Origin: Deferribacterales bacterium
GTDB lineage: Bacteria > Chrysiogenota > Deferribacteres > Deferribacterales > Geovibrionaceae
Direction of reading: 5' to 3'
DNA: 64,000 nucleotides
Assembly (NCBI GenBank): GCA_050253075.1
Contig: JBFWJS010000004.1
Span: 192,001 to 256,000 of the forward strand
This document shows positions 20,490-29,636 of this stretch, piece after piece. A program made the position numbers and the translations under genes. Under the pieces are notes generated by a model that made no database searches, had not been told where the DNA came from, and was given only the letters and a program-made list of their open reading frames with translations. How positions within the stretch are numbered: the stretch's first letter is position 1; the number at the start of each line of letters is the position of its first letter.

Positions 20490-21248
20490 TTAGCTGACTT
20501 TGCCGACTTCAGTAGCGGCTTTGCTGTTCAGCTCGTCAAATGTCTGTATTATCTTTGAATATGTCTCAAAGCCTCTGGAGGCTTCTATCATTTTTACCAT
20601 CTCATCCACGGGGTTCACATTGCTCCCCTCGAGGTATCCTGTATACAGTCCGGGGTTCTCCGCCGCTTCGGGGAGAGCGTCCACGGCCACGTAAAGGTTG
20701 TGTCCTGTTTTCTGCAGATTAGCCGTATCGGGGAACTGCACTATCTCTATGTTGTTCACGGGGGCACCGTTCACAAGCATTGTGCCGTCCTCTGTGATCG
20801 TTGCTCCTTCCACCATCTGCACAGGCTGCATGGAGTCCATGTTGCTAACTACTTTATATCCTTCCATTGTGGTCAGCTCATTCTGATCATTAACCGTGAA
20901 TTCGCCGTTTCTGGTGAACCTGATGCCGAACGGAGTATCCACGGCAAAGAATGCGTTAGGATTTGTCAGAGCCATATCCATGTCGTTTGCTGTTTCTTTC
21001 AGGTAACCCTGCTCAAAGCTCGTCTTTATATCGTAAAGCCTTACGGTGGAGTTTATCATCTGGTTATAGTCGCTGTTACGGATCACATCATCAGGAGTCT
21101 CCGATGCATTCGCTATATATTCCGCAAATACGGGAACCTCTTTCTTATGCCCGATGGTGTTCAGGTTTGCGAGGTTCTGTGATATGACATCCAGTCTCTT
21201 CTGCTGCATTGCCATACCGCTTGTTGCAGTGTACAGTCCGTTTATCAT
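20490..21248 (-). CDS. flgF: Basal-body rod protein FlgF
   Basis: SQNLAN, FTRNG, LEGSNVNPVDEM; upstream of flgG. Confidence 0.85.
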   Translation of the reverse strand: MINGLYTATSGMAMQQKRLDVISQNLANLNTIGHKKEVPVFAEYIANASETPDDVIRNSDYNQMINSTVRLYDIKTSFEQGYLKETANDMDMALTNPNAFFAVDTPFGIRFTRNGEFTVNDQNELTTMEGYKVVSNMDSMQPVQMVEGATITEDGTMLVNGAPVNNIEIVQFPDTANLQKTGHNLYVAVDALPEAAENPGLYTGYLEGSNVNPVDEMVKMIEASRGFETYSKIIQTFDELNSKAATEVGKVS

Positions 21249-21249
21249 C

Positions 21250-21984
21250 TTATTTCTCCTTGTATTCAGCTAACTTCTTTTTCGCATAGGCGGTGAGGAA
21301 GCCCTCTTCGCCGTGCACCTTAGGCAGACCGTCAGCCATGATCTTTGTCAGCCCTTTCATAGTGAGCTGATCGACGGGTCTTGCTTTCTTGGTCTCGTAG
21401 TACCAGAAGTTTCTGTCCGATTTGCTCTCCACCCTGATATCGGCGAGGAATATCGGCAGGTCGAATTTATCCATTATGCTTAATGAAACCGTTGAGTAGT
21501 TTGTTCCGTAGAACTTGCTCAGGGATTCATTTATATTCGTAACAACTATGTATTCGGCGTCCCTTGCGTCTGTGACGGGGAGCCCGTATTTGGCAACAGT
21601 CAGATAGTTTCTGATCATACTGCCCATCTCTTCGTCGTATTCATATGTTTCGCCGTTTGATACTTTCGGCGGGATGACAAAGAAAAAACTTCCGGGCTTA
21701 AGCTTCTTAAGCACCTGTACATCGTAGGAGGTTATTTTCTCTTTCGTCTTGTCTATTACCAATGAAGAAATATTAGAGTTGATCTCCAAAGCTATGAGGA
21801 AATATGTGTATCCATAAGACGGATTTATCAGCTTTGAAAATCCCTGCTGGCCGAGCAGTACTTTGTCGTCTATGAATGTCTCGACCTTATCGGGGGTGAC
21901 GGATTCATAAGCACCTGTCACAGCCTTCGTCACGCATCCCTGCAAAAAAACCATAATTAATAGAAAGGGAAATAATTTCTTCAT
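21250..21984 (-). CDS. Hypothetical lipoprotein, first gene of the flgF operon
   Basis: Lipobox LQGC; GGAG RBS; stop 1 nt before the flgF ATG. Confidence 0.75.
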   Translation of the reverse strand: MKKLFPFLLIMVFLQGCVTKAVTGAYESVTPDKVETFIDDKVLLGQQGFSKLINPSYGYTYFLIALEINSNISSLVIDKTKEKITSYDVQVLKKLKPGSFFFVIPPKVSNGETYEYDEEMGSMIRNYLTVAKYGLPVTDARDAEYIVVTNINESLSKFYGTNYSTVSLSIMDKFDLPIFLADIRVESKSDRNFWYYETKKARPVDQLTMKGLTKIMADGLPKVHGEEGFLTAYAKKKLAEYKEK

Positions 21985-22008
21985 AATTCACTCCTACGCC
22001 TCTTAACA

Positions 22009-22024
22009 AGCAACAGCCGTGCCA
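22009..22024 (-). promoter_or_regulatory. Sigma-54 promoter of the lipoprotein-flgFG operon
   Basis: Minus strand TGGCACGGCTGTTGCT matches TGGCAC-N5-TTGC exactly. Confidence 0.85.
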
Positions 22025-22100
22025 GATTACTTAAGATAATTTTTCTATCCTTAAAAAGACAGTCAGCAGAAATAATGCAGTCTGTATACAAACACAAAAC

Positions 22101-22121
22101 ACTTGCAAATGATTTGCAAGT
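22101..22121. promoter_or_regulatory. Fur-family (Zur-like) operator
   Basis: Perfect 10-1-10 palindrome ACTTGCAAAT-G-ATTTGCAAGT, 16 nt upstream of a Fur-family gene. Confidence 0.75.
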
Positions 22122-22137
22122 ATGTAATATTCTGATC

Positions 22138-22560
22138 ATGGAAAAATGTATAGCAACAGAGCTCTTAAAGAGCACAAATACCAAAACAACAGAGGCGAGA
22201 AGCAGGATCCTCGACCTGATACTGGACAGCAGATCACCGCAAACAGCAAATGATTTGCACAAACAGCTTTCAGACGATACATCCATAGACCTCGCCACAG
22301 TATACCGCTCCCTGAAGGTCTTTAACGAAAAGGGGCTGGTACGCACCATCCACATAGACGGCGACACCGCCTATTACGAAAAATCATGCAGACACAACCC
22401 GCTCCACGCACATTTCCACTGTGAGTCCTGCGGAGCTGTCGAGTGCCTTGACCCTTTCGGATTTGACGAAAGCAGTGCCTTCATACGCATGGCACAGGGG
22501 AAAGAGATATCAAAAGTAGAACTAGTAATAAAAGGGAGATGTTCCGAATGCGCATCATAA
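22138..22560 (+). CDS. Fur-family regulator (Zur-like)
   Basis: IDLATVYRSL HTH; HAHFHCESCG and CSEC motifs; upstream of a ZnuA-like gene. Confidence 0.88.
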   Translation: MEKCIATELLKSTNTKTTEARSRILDLILDSRSPQTANDLHKQLSDDTSIDLATVYRSLKVFNEKGLVRTIHIDGDTAYYEKSCRHNPLHAHFHCESCGAVECLDPFGFDESSAFIRMAQGKEISKVELVIKGRCSECAS

Positions 22561-23498
22561 TAATTATTTCCATGCTGCTCACAGCGGCAGTTTCATACGC
22601 AAAGCCGAATATATACGTAAGCATCCTGCCTCAGAAAACATTTGTGAAAGAGATAGCAGGCGACAGGGCAAACGTAAACGTTATGGTTATGCCGGGCGCC
22701 AGCCCTGCAACATATGAGCCGAAGCCGAAACAGATGGCTCAGCTTTCAGAGACAGACATATATTTCTCTATCGGAGTACCATTCGAGAGGGTCTGGCTGG
22801 ATAAATTCGCATCTATCAATAAGAATATGAAGATCGTCCACACTGATGAAGGCATAAAAAAACGCACGGTGGAAAAACACGTGCACCATGACGAAGAGGG
22901 CGAAGACCACGACGAACACGGCGAAGAGCAAGGTCATGACGACCATGATGACCACGACAAGCATGCAGAGCACGATGATCACGACCATGAAGGCGAGCAT
23001 GACGACCACGACGGGATAAAAGATCCCCACGTTTGGCTCGACCCTATCCTTGTAATCAAACAGGTAGAGATTATCACAGAAGAGCTGTGTAAAGCAGATA
23101 AAGACTCTTGCGGCTTTTACACAGAGAATAAGAATAAATTCATTCAAAATGCAGAGCTGCTCGATGCGGAGCTTCATAAGATATTCAAAGGGAAAGATGA
23201 TGTGCACTTTATGGTATTTCACCCTTCATGGGGCTACTTCGCCGACAGATACGGACTGCACCAGATACCCGTGGAGCTCGAAGGCAAGGAGCCGAAGCCC
23301 GCAGACCTGAAAAAGTTCGTAGACACTGTTAAAAAGCTGAAGCTGAACTCCATCTTCATACAGCCGCAGTTTTCAAAGAAAGCAGCAGAGCTCATCGCAG
23401 ATGAAACAGGCGCAAAGGTGATAGCCGTCGACCCTCTGGCTGAGGACTGGCACGACAACCTCGTCTATGCGGCAAAGCTCATAGCAGGAACCCTTTAG
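22548..23498 (+). CDS. znuA: Zn/Mn ABC transporter substrate-binding protein (ZnuA-like) with His/Asp/Glu-rich loop
   Basis: PATYEP, DPHVWLDP, FHPSWGYFA; about 45-aa His-acidic loop. Confidence 0.82.
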   Translation: MRIIIIISMLLTAAVSYAKPNIYVSILPQKTFVKEIAGDRANVNVMVMPGASPATYEPKPKQMAQLSETDIYFSIGVPFERVWLDKFASINKNMKIVHTDEGIKKRTVEKHVHHDEEGEDHDEHGEEQGHDDHDDHDKHAEHDDHDHEGEHDDHDGIKDPHVWLDPILVIKQVEIITEELCKADKDSCGFYTENKNKFIQNAELLDAELHKIFKGKDDVHFMVFHPSWGYFADRYGLHQIPVELEGKEPKPADLKKFVDTVKKLKLNSIFIQPQFSKKAAELIADETGAKVIAVDPLAEDWHDNLVYAAKLIAGTL

Positions 23499-24439
23499 GA
23501 ATAAAAGTAAAATTTCTCTCCATTGTGTTCGGTGATCTTAAGATGTGATGCATCGAGAGCAGAGATGGTCTCTGCCACCTTCTGAACGTCAACGCCGAAC
23601 ACTCTGGAGATATCGCCCGCAGAGCATGGACGCATACTTATCAGCCTCTCCAGATGGCTCACTGTCAGCCCGCCCCCCGAAAGCTCTTTTATATAATTGC
23701 CCACAGGCTCTACATTTATCCCTTCAGATTTGAAATACAGCGCAGTGTCCAGCAGTGTTTTTTCGCTAACGGCCTTTGCCCTGCTGAATGCAGGCGGACG
23801 GTGTACTGTGTTCAGCTGAACCACGTCATACTTACATCTCTTTATCACAGACGCTATCTTCGTCAGCTCTTCCATGCTGTCGTTCATCCCCTCGCAAAGT
23901 AAAACCTCGATGAGCATCCTCCCCTGAAATCTATGGGAGAACTTAACCACGGCTTCGTTTATCGCCTCGATATCCAGCGACCTTTCCGGTGCGCACACTT
24001 TGCGGTACGCCTCTTCCGTTGCTGCATCTATGCTGGGCACCAGCACGTCCAGAGGCATAAGCTCGTCACACACGGCTTCATCCGTCAGCAGTGTGCTGTT
24101 GGTGAGGACTGCCACAGGGTGTCCGCTTATCTTCTTCACCTCTTTTATGATGTATCCGAGGTCAAGGTTCAGCGTGGGTTCACCCGCCCCTGTTATGGTG
24201 ACGATGTCCAGACCGTCCTTCAGGCTTGGATAGTTTTCTCTGAACTCTGCGATTATCTCGTCGGGGTTTTCAAACTTCTGCCTTTTGACAATACAGTCGG
24301 TCGTGCGCCCTACTTCGCAATAAACACAGTTCAGCGTGCATATTTTATGGGGAATAATATCTATGCCGAGAGACCTGCCCAGTCTGCGTGAGGGGACGGG
24401 TCCGAAAAGATATCTGTATCTGTCTGTATAAACACTCAT
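23495..24439 (-). CDS. Radical SAM protein (COG0731-like)
   Basis: GPVPSRRLGRSLGID, CTLNCVYC, GAGEPTL. Confidence 0.85.
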   Translation of the reverse strand: MSVYTDRYRYLFGPVPSRRLGRSLGIDIIPHKICTLNCVYCEVGRTTDCIVKRQKFENPDEIIAEFRENYPSLKDGLDIVTITGAGEPTLNLDLGYIIKEVKKISGHPVAVLTNSTLLTDEAVCDELMPLDVLVPSIDAATEEAYRKVCAPERSLDIEAINEAVVKFSHRFQGRMLIEVLLCEGMNDSMEELTKIASVIKRCKYDVVQLNTVHRPPAFSRAKAVSEKTLLDTALYFKSEGINVEPVGNYIKELSGGGLTVSHLERLISMRPCSAGDISRVFGVDVQKVAETISALDASHLKITEHNGEKFYFYS

Positions 24440-24682
24440 ATTTTATCTCCGAAACATAATAATAGCCCCAATAAATCAAAATGCAAGTGAGCGGAGCAGA
24501 CTATTTTTACAACCCCTTTCAGCAGTACATTTACTTGCGTCTTGTTAAAACATCTGTTTAAATAAGTATAAGAGCTATAGTTCAATAAAAAAGGTATGAA
24601 AATTGAACTAATGCTTAAGACGTTAAACGCCTAATTAACTCATACTTAAACGTATTACTCAGATACAACCGGAGGTTTTATA

Positions 24683-25777
24683 ATGAGCCTTAAAGACATT
24701 CTAAGGAGTTACGATGTCAGCAGAAGGGACTTCATGAAATACTGCACTGCCCTCAGTGCGACCCTTGCTCTTCCTCCTGCTCTAGCACCGCAGATAGCGG
24801 AAGCCCTCGAAAATGAAGACAACAGACCGCCTGTTATCTGGATGGAGTTCCAGAGCTGCTCGGGAGATTCCGAGTCTATACTCCGTTCCGGCAGGCCGAA
24901 GGTCGGCGACCTTATCCTCGATGTCATATCACTCGACTATATGGAAGTAGTGATGGCAGCGTCGGGACACCTCGCCGAAGAAGCGAAAGAAAACACGATG
25001 GAACACTATAAAGGCAAGTATCTGCTCATCATCGAAGGTGCGATACCTCTCGAGGACGACGGTGCCTGCTGCTGTGTCGCCGGAGACTCAGCCGTAAACC
25101 ATCTGAAAAAAGCTGCCGAAGGTGCCGCCGCTATCATAGCAGTGGGCAACTGCGCATGCTTTGGCGGTATACCTGCGGGTCATCCAAACCCTACGGGCGC
25201 CACAGGCGTGCAGAACATCATCAGCGGAAAGCCTATCATAAACCTGCCGGGCTGCCCGATGAACTGTGACAACCTCACAGCACTCATCGTGCATTACCTC
25301 GTTTTCGGCTCTCTCCCTGCTGTGGACAGACATCTCCGTCCGAAATTCGCATACGGAAAGCGCATCCACGACAACTGCGAACGCAGAGGTCACTTCGATG
25401 CGGGCCAGTATGTAGACAAATGGGGCGACGAAGGACACCGCAACGGCTGGTGTCTGTATAAAATGGGCTGTAAAGGCCCCGAGACATTCCACAACTGTCC
25501 GACACTCCGCTTCAACGACGGTCTCAGCTGGCCTGTTATGGCAGGGCACGGATGCGTCGGCTGCGCAGAGCCGGGATTCATGGACACTATGGCTCCGTTC
25601 TACCGCAGGCTTCCTGCCGTACCGGGATTCGGCGTGGAATCCACCGCTACAAAGCTCGGCCTTAAAGTGCTCGGCATATCTGCGGCGGTATTCACTGCTC
25701 ACGGTATCATAAACATGTTCCGCAATAAGAATATAGTCAAAGAGGTCGAGAGCGAACATCTCGACAATAAGGAGTAG
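24683..25777 (+). CDS. Group 1 [NiFe] hydrogenase small subunit
   Basis: Tat signal SRRDFMK; GNCACFGG, PGCP, IHDNCERR, CLYKMGCKGP; C-terminal TM helix with His. Confidence 0.93.
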   Translation: MSLKDILRSYDVSRRDFMKYCTALSATLALPPALAPQIAEALENEDNRPPVIWMEFQSCSGDSESILRSGRPKVGDLILDVISLDYMEVVMAASGHLAEEAKENTMEHYKGKYLLIIEGAIPLEDDGACCCVAGDSAVNHLKKAAEGAAAIIAVGNCACFGGIPAGHPNPTGATGVQNIISGKPIINLPGCPMNCDNLTALIVHYLVFGSLPAVDRHLRPKFAYGKRIHDNCERRGHFDAGQYVDKWGDEGHRNGWCLYKMGCKGPETFHNCPTLRFNDGLSWPVMAGHGCVGCAEPGFMDTMAPFYRRLPAVPGFGVESTATKLGLKVLGISAAVFTAHGIINMFRNKNIVKEVESEHLDNKE

Positions 25778-25782
25778 TAAAC

Positions 25783-27483
25783 ATGGCTGAAAGGATAGTG
25801 GTAGACCCCATCACCAGAATAGAGGGGCATCTTAGAATAGAAGCCAAGGTTGAAAACGGAAAGATCGTGGACGCCTGGTCCAGCGGTACTATGTTCCGCG
25901 GTATCGAAAAGATACTGCAGGGGCGTGACCCGCGCGACGCATGGTATATCACACAGAGATTCTGCGGTGTCTGCACCACAGTACACTCCATTGCATCCAT
26001 ACGTGCCGTTGAAAACGCACTTGGCATAAAGATTCCGTATAATGCGGAACTCATCAGAAATATCATTATGGGCTCTCAGTATGTGCAGGACCACGTGATA
26101 CACTTTTATCACCTGCACGCACTCGACTGGGTGGACATCACATCCGCTCTGAAAGCAGACCCTAAAAAAACAGCAGCTCTCCAGCAGTCTATATCCGACT
26201 GGAAATACAGCTCCGAGGACTACTTCAGAGGTGTTCAGGAGCGCATAGCCGCATTCGCAAAAACAGGCCGTCTCGGACCTTTCGCAAATGCATACTGGGG
26301 ACACAGCGCATACAAACTGCCGCCTGAGGCAAACCTCATGGCGACAGCTCACTACCTTCAGGCTCTCGAGCTTCAGAAGGAGATAATAAAGATCCATGCC
26401 GTGCTCGGTTCTAAGAACCCGCACCCGCAGACATTCCTTGTGGGAGGTATGGCGATACCTATCGACCCGAACAGCCAGAACGCCATCAACGCTGACAAGA
26501 TAGCTATGATGCTGGAATACAACAAGCTCGCAAAAGAATTTGTCGAGCAGGTATACATTCCGGATGTTCTCGCTGTTGCGCCTTTCTACCTCGACTGGGC
26601 AGGCATAGGCGCAGGGCATAAGAACTATATGTCCTACGGCGAATTCCCTGAAACACAGAAGGGCTACCCTAATGATATGTGGCTCCCTTCAGGAATAATA
26701 AAGGGGGGAGACCTCTCAAACATTATCCCTGTGGATCAGTCGAAGATAGCCGAAGACTCCGCACACTCATGGTATGTGGATAAATCTGCGAAGCACCCCT
26801 ACGACGGCACATCGGACAAGAACTACACAGGGCCGAAGCCGCCGTATGACTATCTCGACGTAGATAAGGAATACACATTTGTCAAAGCTCCTCGCTATGA
26901 AGGCGAACCTATGGAAGTAGGCCCGCTGGCGAGGATGCTCGTCGCATACGCAAAAGGTCACCCAGAGGTGAAAGCTGTCGTGGATGCCGTGCTCGGTAAG
27001 CTGGGTGCAGGGCCGGAGGTTCTCTTCTCCACACTCGGACGTACAGCAGCCAGAGCCATCGAAACACTCGTGACAGTGAAGCGTGTGGATAAATGGATAA
27101 TGGATCTCGCCACAAATATAAAAGCGGGCGACTATCAGACCCACGCAGGCGAAAAGTGGGAACCTGCCGCATGGCCTGCCACAGCGAAAGGCTACGGCTG
27201 GCACGAAGCTCCTAGAGGCGCTCTCGGCCACTGGATAGTCATCGAAAACGGACAGATAAAGAACTATCAGGCTGTCGTGCCTTCCACATGGAACGCAGGT
27301 CCTATGGACAAAGGCGATGTACACGGCCCATACGAACAGTCACTTATCGGCACACCGATAGCAGACCCTGACAAGCCCCTTGAGATACTGCGTACCATAC
27401 ACTCATTCGACCCTTGTCTGGCCTGTGCTATACATCTCTACGATGAAAAGGATAATCTCCGCTCTAAAGTGAAGGTTCTCTAA
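25783..27483 (+). CDS. Group 1 [NiFe] hydrogenase large subunit
   Basis: TRIEGH; L1 motif QRFCGVCTTVH; L2 motif SFDPCLACAIH followed by a cleavable tail. Confidence 0.95.
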   Translation: MAERIVVDPITRIEGHLRIEAKVENGKIVDAWSSGTMFRGIEKILQGRDPRDAWYITQRFCGVCTTVHSIASIRAVENALGIKIPYNAELIRNIIMGSQYVQDHVIHFYHLHALDWVDITSALKADPKKTAALQQSISDWKYSSEDYFRGVQERIAAFAKTGRLGPFANAYWGHSAYKLPPEANLMATAHYLQALELQKEIIKIHAVLGSKNPHPQTFLVGGMAIPIDPNSQNAINADKIAMMLEYNKLAKEFVEQVYIPDVLAVAPFYLDWAGIGAGHKNYMSYGEFPETQKGYPNDMWLPSGIIKGGDLSNIIPVDQSKIAEDSAHSWYVDKSAKHPYDGTSDKNYTGPKPPYDYLDVDKEYTFVKAPRYEGEPMEVGPLARMLVAYAKGHPEVKAVVDAVLGKLGAGPEVLFSTLGRTAARAIETLVTVKRVDKWIMDLATNIKAGDYQTHAGEKWEPAAWPATAKGYGWHEAPRGALGHWIVIENGQIKNYQAVVPSTWNAGPMDKGDVHGPYEQSLIGTPIADPDKPLEILRTIHSFDPCLACAIHLYDEKDNLRSKVKVL

Positions 27484-27509
27484 CAAAAGCAACACACACT
27501 AATTAATTT

Positions 27510-27540
27510 AAAAGCCGGATGCTTTCTGTATCCGGCTTTT
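27510..27540 (+). terminator. Stem-loop/terminator after the hydrogenase large subunit
   Basis: AAAAGCCGGATGC-TTTCT-GTATCCGGCTTTT inverted repeat. Confidence 0.7.
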
Positions 27541-27556
27541 ATTCTATAGGTAACAA

Positions 27557-28036
27557 ATGAATCTACTCGTACTCGGAATAGGAAACCTCGTGATGAATGA
27601 CGACGCTGCCGGTGTCCTTGCGGCACAGGAGCTCGCACCTAAATATAACAACAAACGTGAAGACCTCCTCGTTCTCGACGGAGGTACACTCGGGCTTGAT
27701 CTGCTAGGGTATATCGAATGGGCTGACAGGCTCGTCCTTGTGGATGCCGTGGAGCTCGACATGGAGCCAGGCACAGTGGTAAAGCTCGAAGGGGACGACA
27801 TAGACACCGCCTTCGAAAGCAAGCTGTCCGCACACCAGATGGGGATGAAGGATATGCTGCTCACCGCAGAGCTAATGGGGCACAGACCGCCCGAGATAGT
27901 CTTTTACGGCATACAGGCGGGGACGGTGCAGATGGAGATGGAGCTATCCGAAGCGGTAAAGGCAAACATGCCGAAGCTGATAAGCCATGTGGAAGCAGAG
28001 ATAAAAGACTTTTTAAATAACGCTGACAATTTGTAA
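27557..28036 (+). CDS. Hydrogenase maturation protease (HyaD/HybD family)
   Basis: LGIGNLVMNDDAAG, DGGT, VDAV, SAHQ. Confidence 0.92.
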   Translation: MNLLVLGIGNLVMNDDAAGVLAAQELAPKYNNKREDLLVLDGGTLGLDLLGYIEWADRLVLVDAVELDMEPGTVVKLEGDDIDTAFESKLSAHQMGMKDMLLTAELMGHRPPEIVFYGIQAGTVQMEMELSEAVKANMPKLISHVEAEIKDFLNNADNL

Positions 28037-28085
28037 AATAAATCTTCCTGTGTTATCCTGATTAAAAAATTTCGGGGTCTTTTCT

Positions 28086-29618
28086 ATGAAACAGTTAAAT
28101 ATCAAAGAAGCCTTCCAGTTAGCTATGCAGTATCACCAGAAGGGAAACTTGGAAAAAGCGGAATATCTTTATTCTGCCGTTCTGCAGTTAGACCCGAACA
28201 ATGCGGACGCTCTGCACTATATCGGCGTGATATACGCAGGTAAAGGCATGATAGAAGAGGCCATTGACCATATCAGAAGAGCTGTGGAATACGACAAGAC
28301 AAACGCCATATATCATAACAACCTCGGAGAGATATACCGACAGAGGGGGCTGATGGAGCACGCAGAGTTTCACCTCAGTGCAGCATGCGAGCTGAAGCCT
28401 GACTACTCTGACGCATTTTCAAACCTCGGTCTGGTATATAAAGAGAAAGGGCTCATAAACGATGCAAAATACTGCTTCGCCGAGGCGCTCGCCAAAGACC
28501 CGAGGAATGTGAACGCACTGATAAACACGGGTAACCTCTTTGTCACCGAAAAGAATTACGAAGACGCCGTGCAGTGCTACGAAGCAGCTATACAGCTCTC
28601 CCCCGATAATCCGAACGCACTCGCCAGTGCGGCATCATCTTACTATGAAATGGGCGAATATAACTCCTCAGCAAAATACTACAGCAGACTGGTGAACACT
28701 CACCCCGACCTGCACAGAGACAAGGTAAACCTTGCCCTGATAACACTGAGAAACAAAGACTTCCGCAAGGGATTACAGCTTTTCGAGGCTCGCTTCCACA
28801 CTGTCGACACCCTCGAAGGGGACAGAGACACGCTGTGGCGAGGCGTAAACATGAAAGGCAAAACCCTTTATGTATATAACGAAAAACAGGGGCTCTCAGG
28901 CTACGGCGATACTATAATGTTTGCCCGATACCTGACAGAGCTGGATAAATATGAACCTGCGAAGGTCGTCTTCCGTGTTCAGCCTGAGCTGGTCGACCTG
29001 TTAAAAGGCATGATGCCCGAATATGTCGAGGTCACATCAGAAGACTGTACAGAATTTGATGCGCACTGCCCTCTGCTCAGCCTCTTATTCGTGCTGAATG
29101 CCAGAGCAAAGACCATCCCGCTCGTTGACGGATATATAAAGGCAGACGAGTCTAAAATAGCATCATTTGCATCGATGATGGACACGCCGAAGACAAAGAT
29201 CGGGCTGGTTTTCCAGACGAGCAGATCCCACGTAAAGCATGAGGAACGCTCCATCCCGCAGGATGCCTTTACACCGCTGTACGGCAACGACACAATCCAG
29301 CTGTATTACATCAGTAAGGAAGAGCCCGACCAGCCTCTGCACGAAGGCATAACAGACCTGCGTGACAGCATAAACGATTTCTCCGACACTGCCGCCGTGA
29401 TAGCAAACCTCGACGTGGTTATCACAGCCGACACATCCGTTGCGCACCTCGCAGGGGCAATGGGTAAAAAGACAGTTCTACTGCTTAATCACCTCCACGA
29501 CTGGAGATGGTTCAGCGCCAAGACAGGCAAGGCGAGCGAGTGGTATTCCAGTGTCATTTTTCACATCAAAGAAAAGGGCTCCGACTGGCTTGATGTGGTA
29601 TCATCTATTAAGTTCTGA
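28086..29618 (+). CDS. TPR-repeat protein with C-terminal GT9-like glycosyltransferase domain
   Basis: Multiple TPR units; GYGDTIMFARY; DFSDTAAVIANLDVVITADTSVAHLAGAMG; DWRW. Confidence 0.85.
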   Translation: MKQLNIKEAFQLAMQYHQKGNLEKAEYLYSAVLQLDPNNADALHYIGVIYAGKGMIEEAIDHIRRAVEYDKTNAIYHNNLGEIYRQRGLMEHAEFHLSAACELKPDYSDAFSNLGLVYKEKGLINDAKYCFAEALAKDPRNVNALINTGNLFVTEKNYEDAVQCYEAAIQLSPDNPNALASAASSYYEMGEYNSSAKYYSRLVNTHPDLHRDKVNLALITLRNKDFRKGLQLFEARFHTVDTLEGDRDTLWRGVNMKGKTLYVYNEKQGLSGYGDTIMFARYLTELDKYEPAKVVFRVQPELVDLLKGMMPEYVEVTSEDCTEFDAHCPLLSLLFVLNARAKTIPLVDGYIKADESKIASFASMMDTPKTKIGLVFQTSRSHVKHEERSIPQDAFTPLYGNDTIQLYYISKEEPDQPLHEGITDLRDSINDFSDTAAVIANLDVVITADTSVAHLAGAMGKKTVLLLNHLHDWRWFSAKTGKASEWYSSVIFHIKEKGSDWLDVVSSIKF

Positions 29619-29636
29619 CACCGACGGGAGGTTACT

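Noticed and set aside
22880..23015. GACCAC/GACGA-rich repeat as a CRISPR or VNTR
   Set aside because: It encodes the His/Asp/Glu loop of the ZnuA-like protein and has no repeat-spacer structure.
27400..27440. Possible [NiFeSe] hydrogenase, given the selenoprotein nearby
   Set aside because: The L2 motif is DPCLAC with TGT codons and there is no in-frame TGA.
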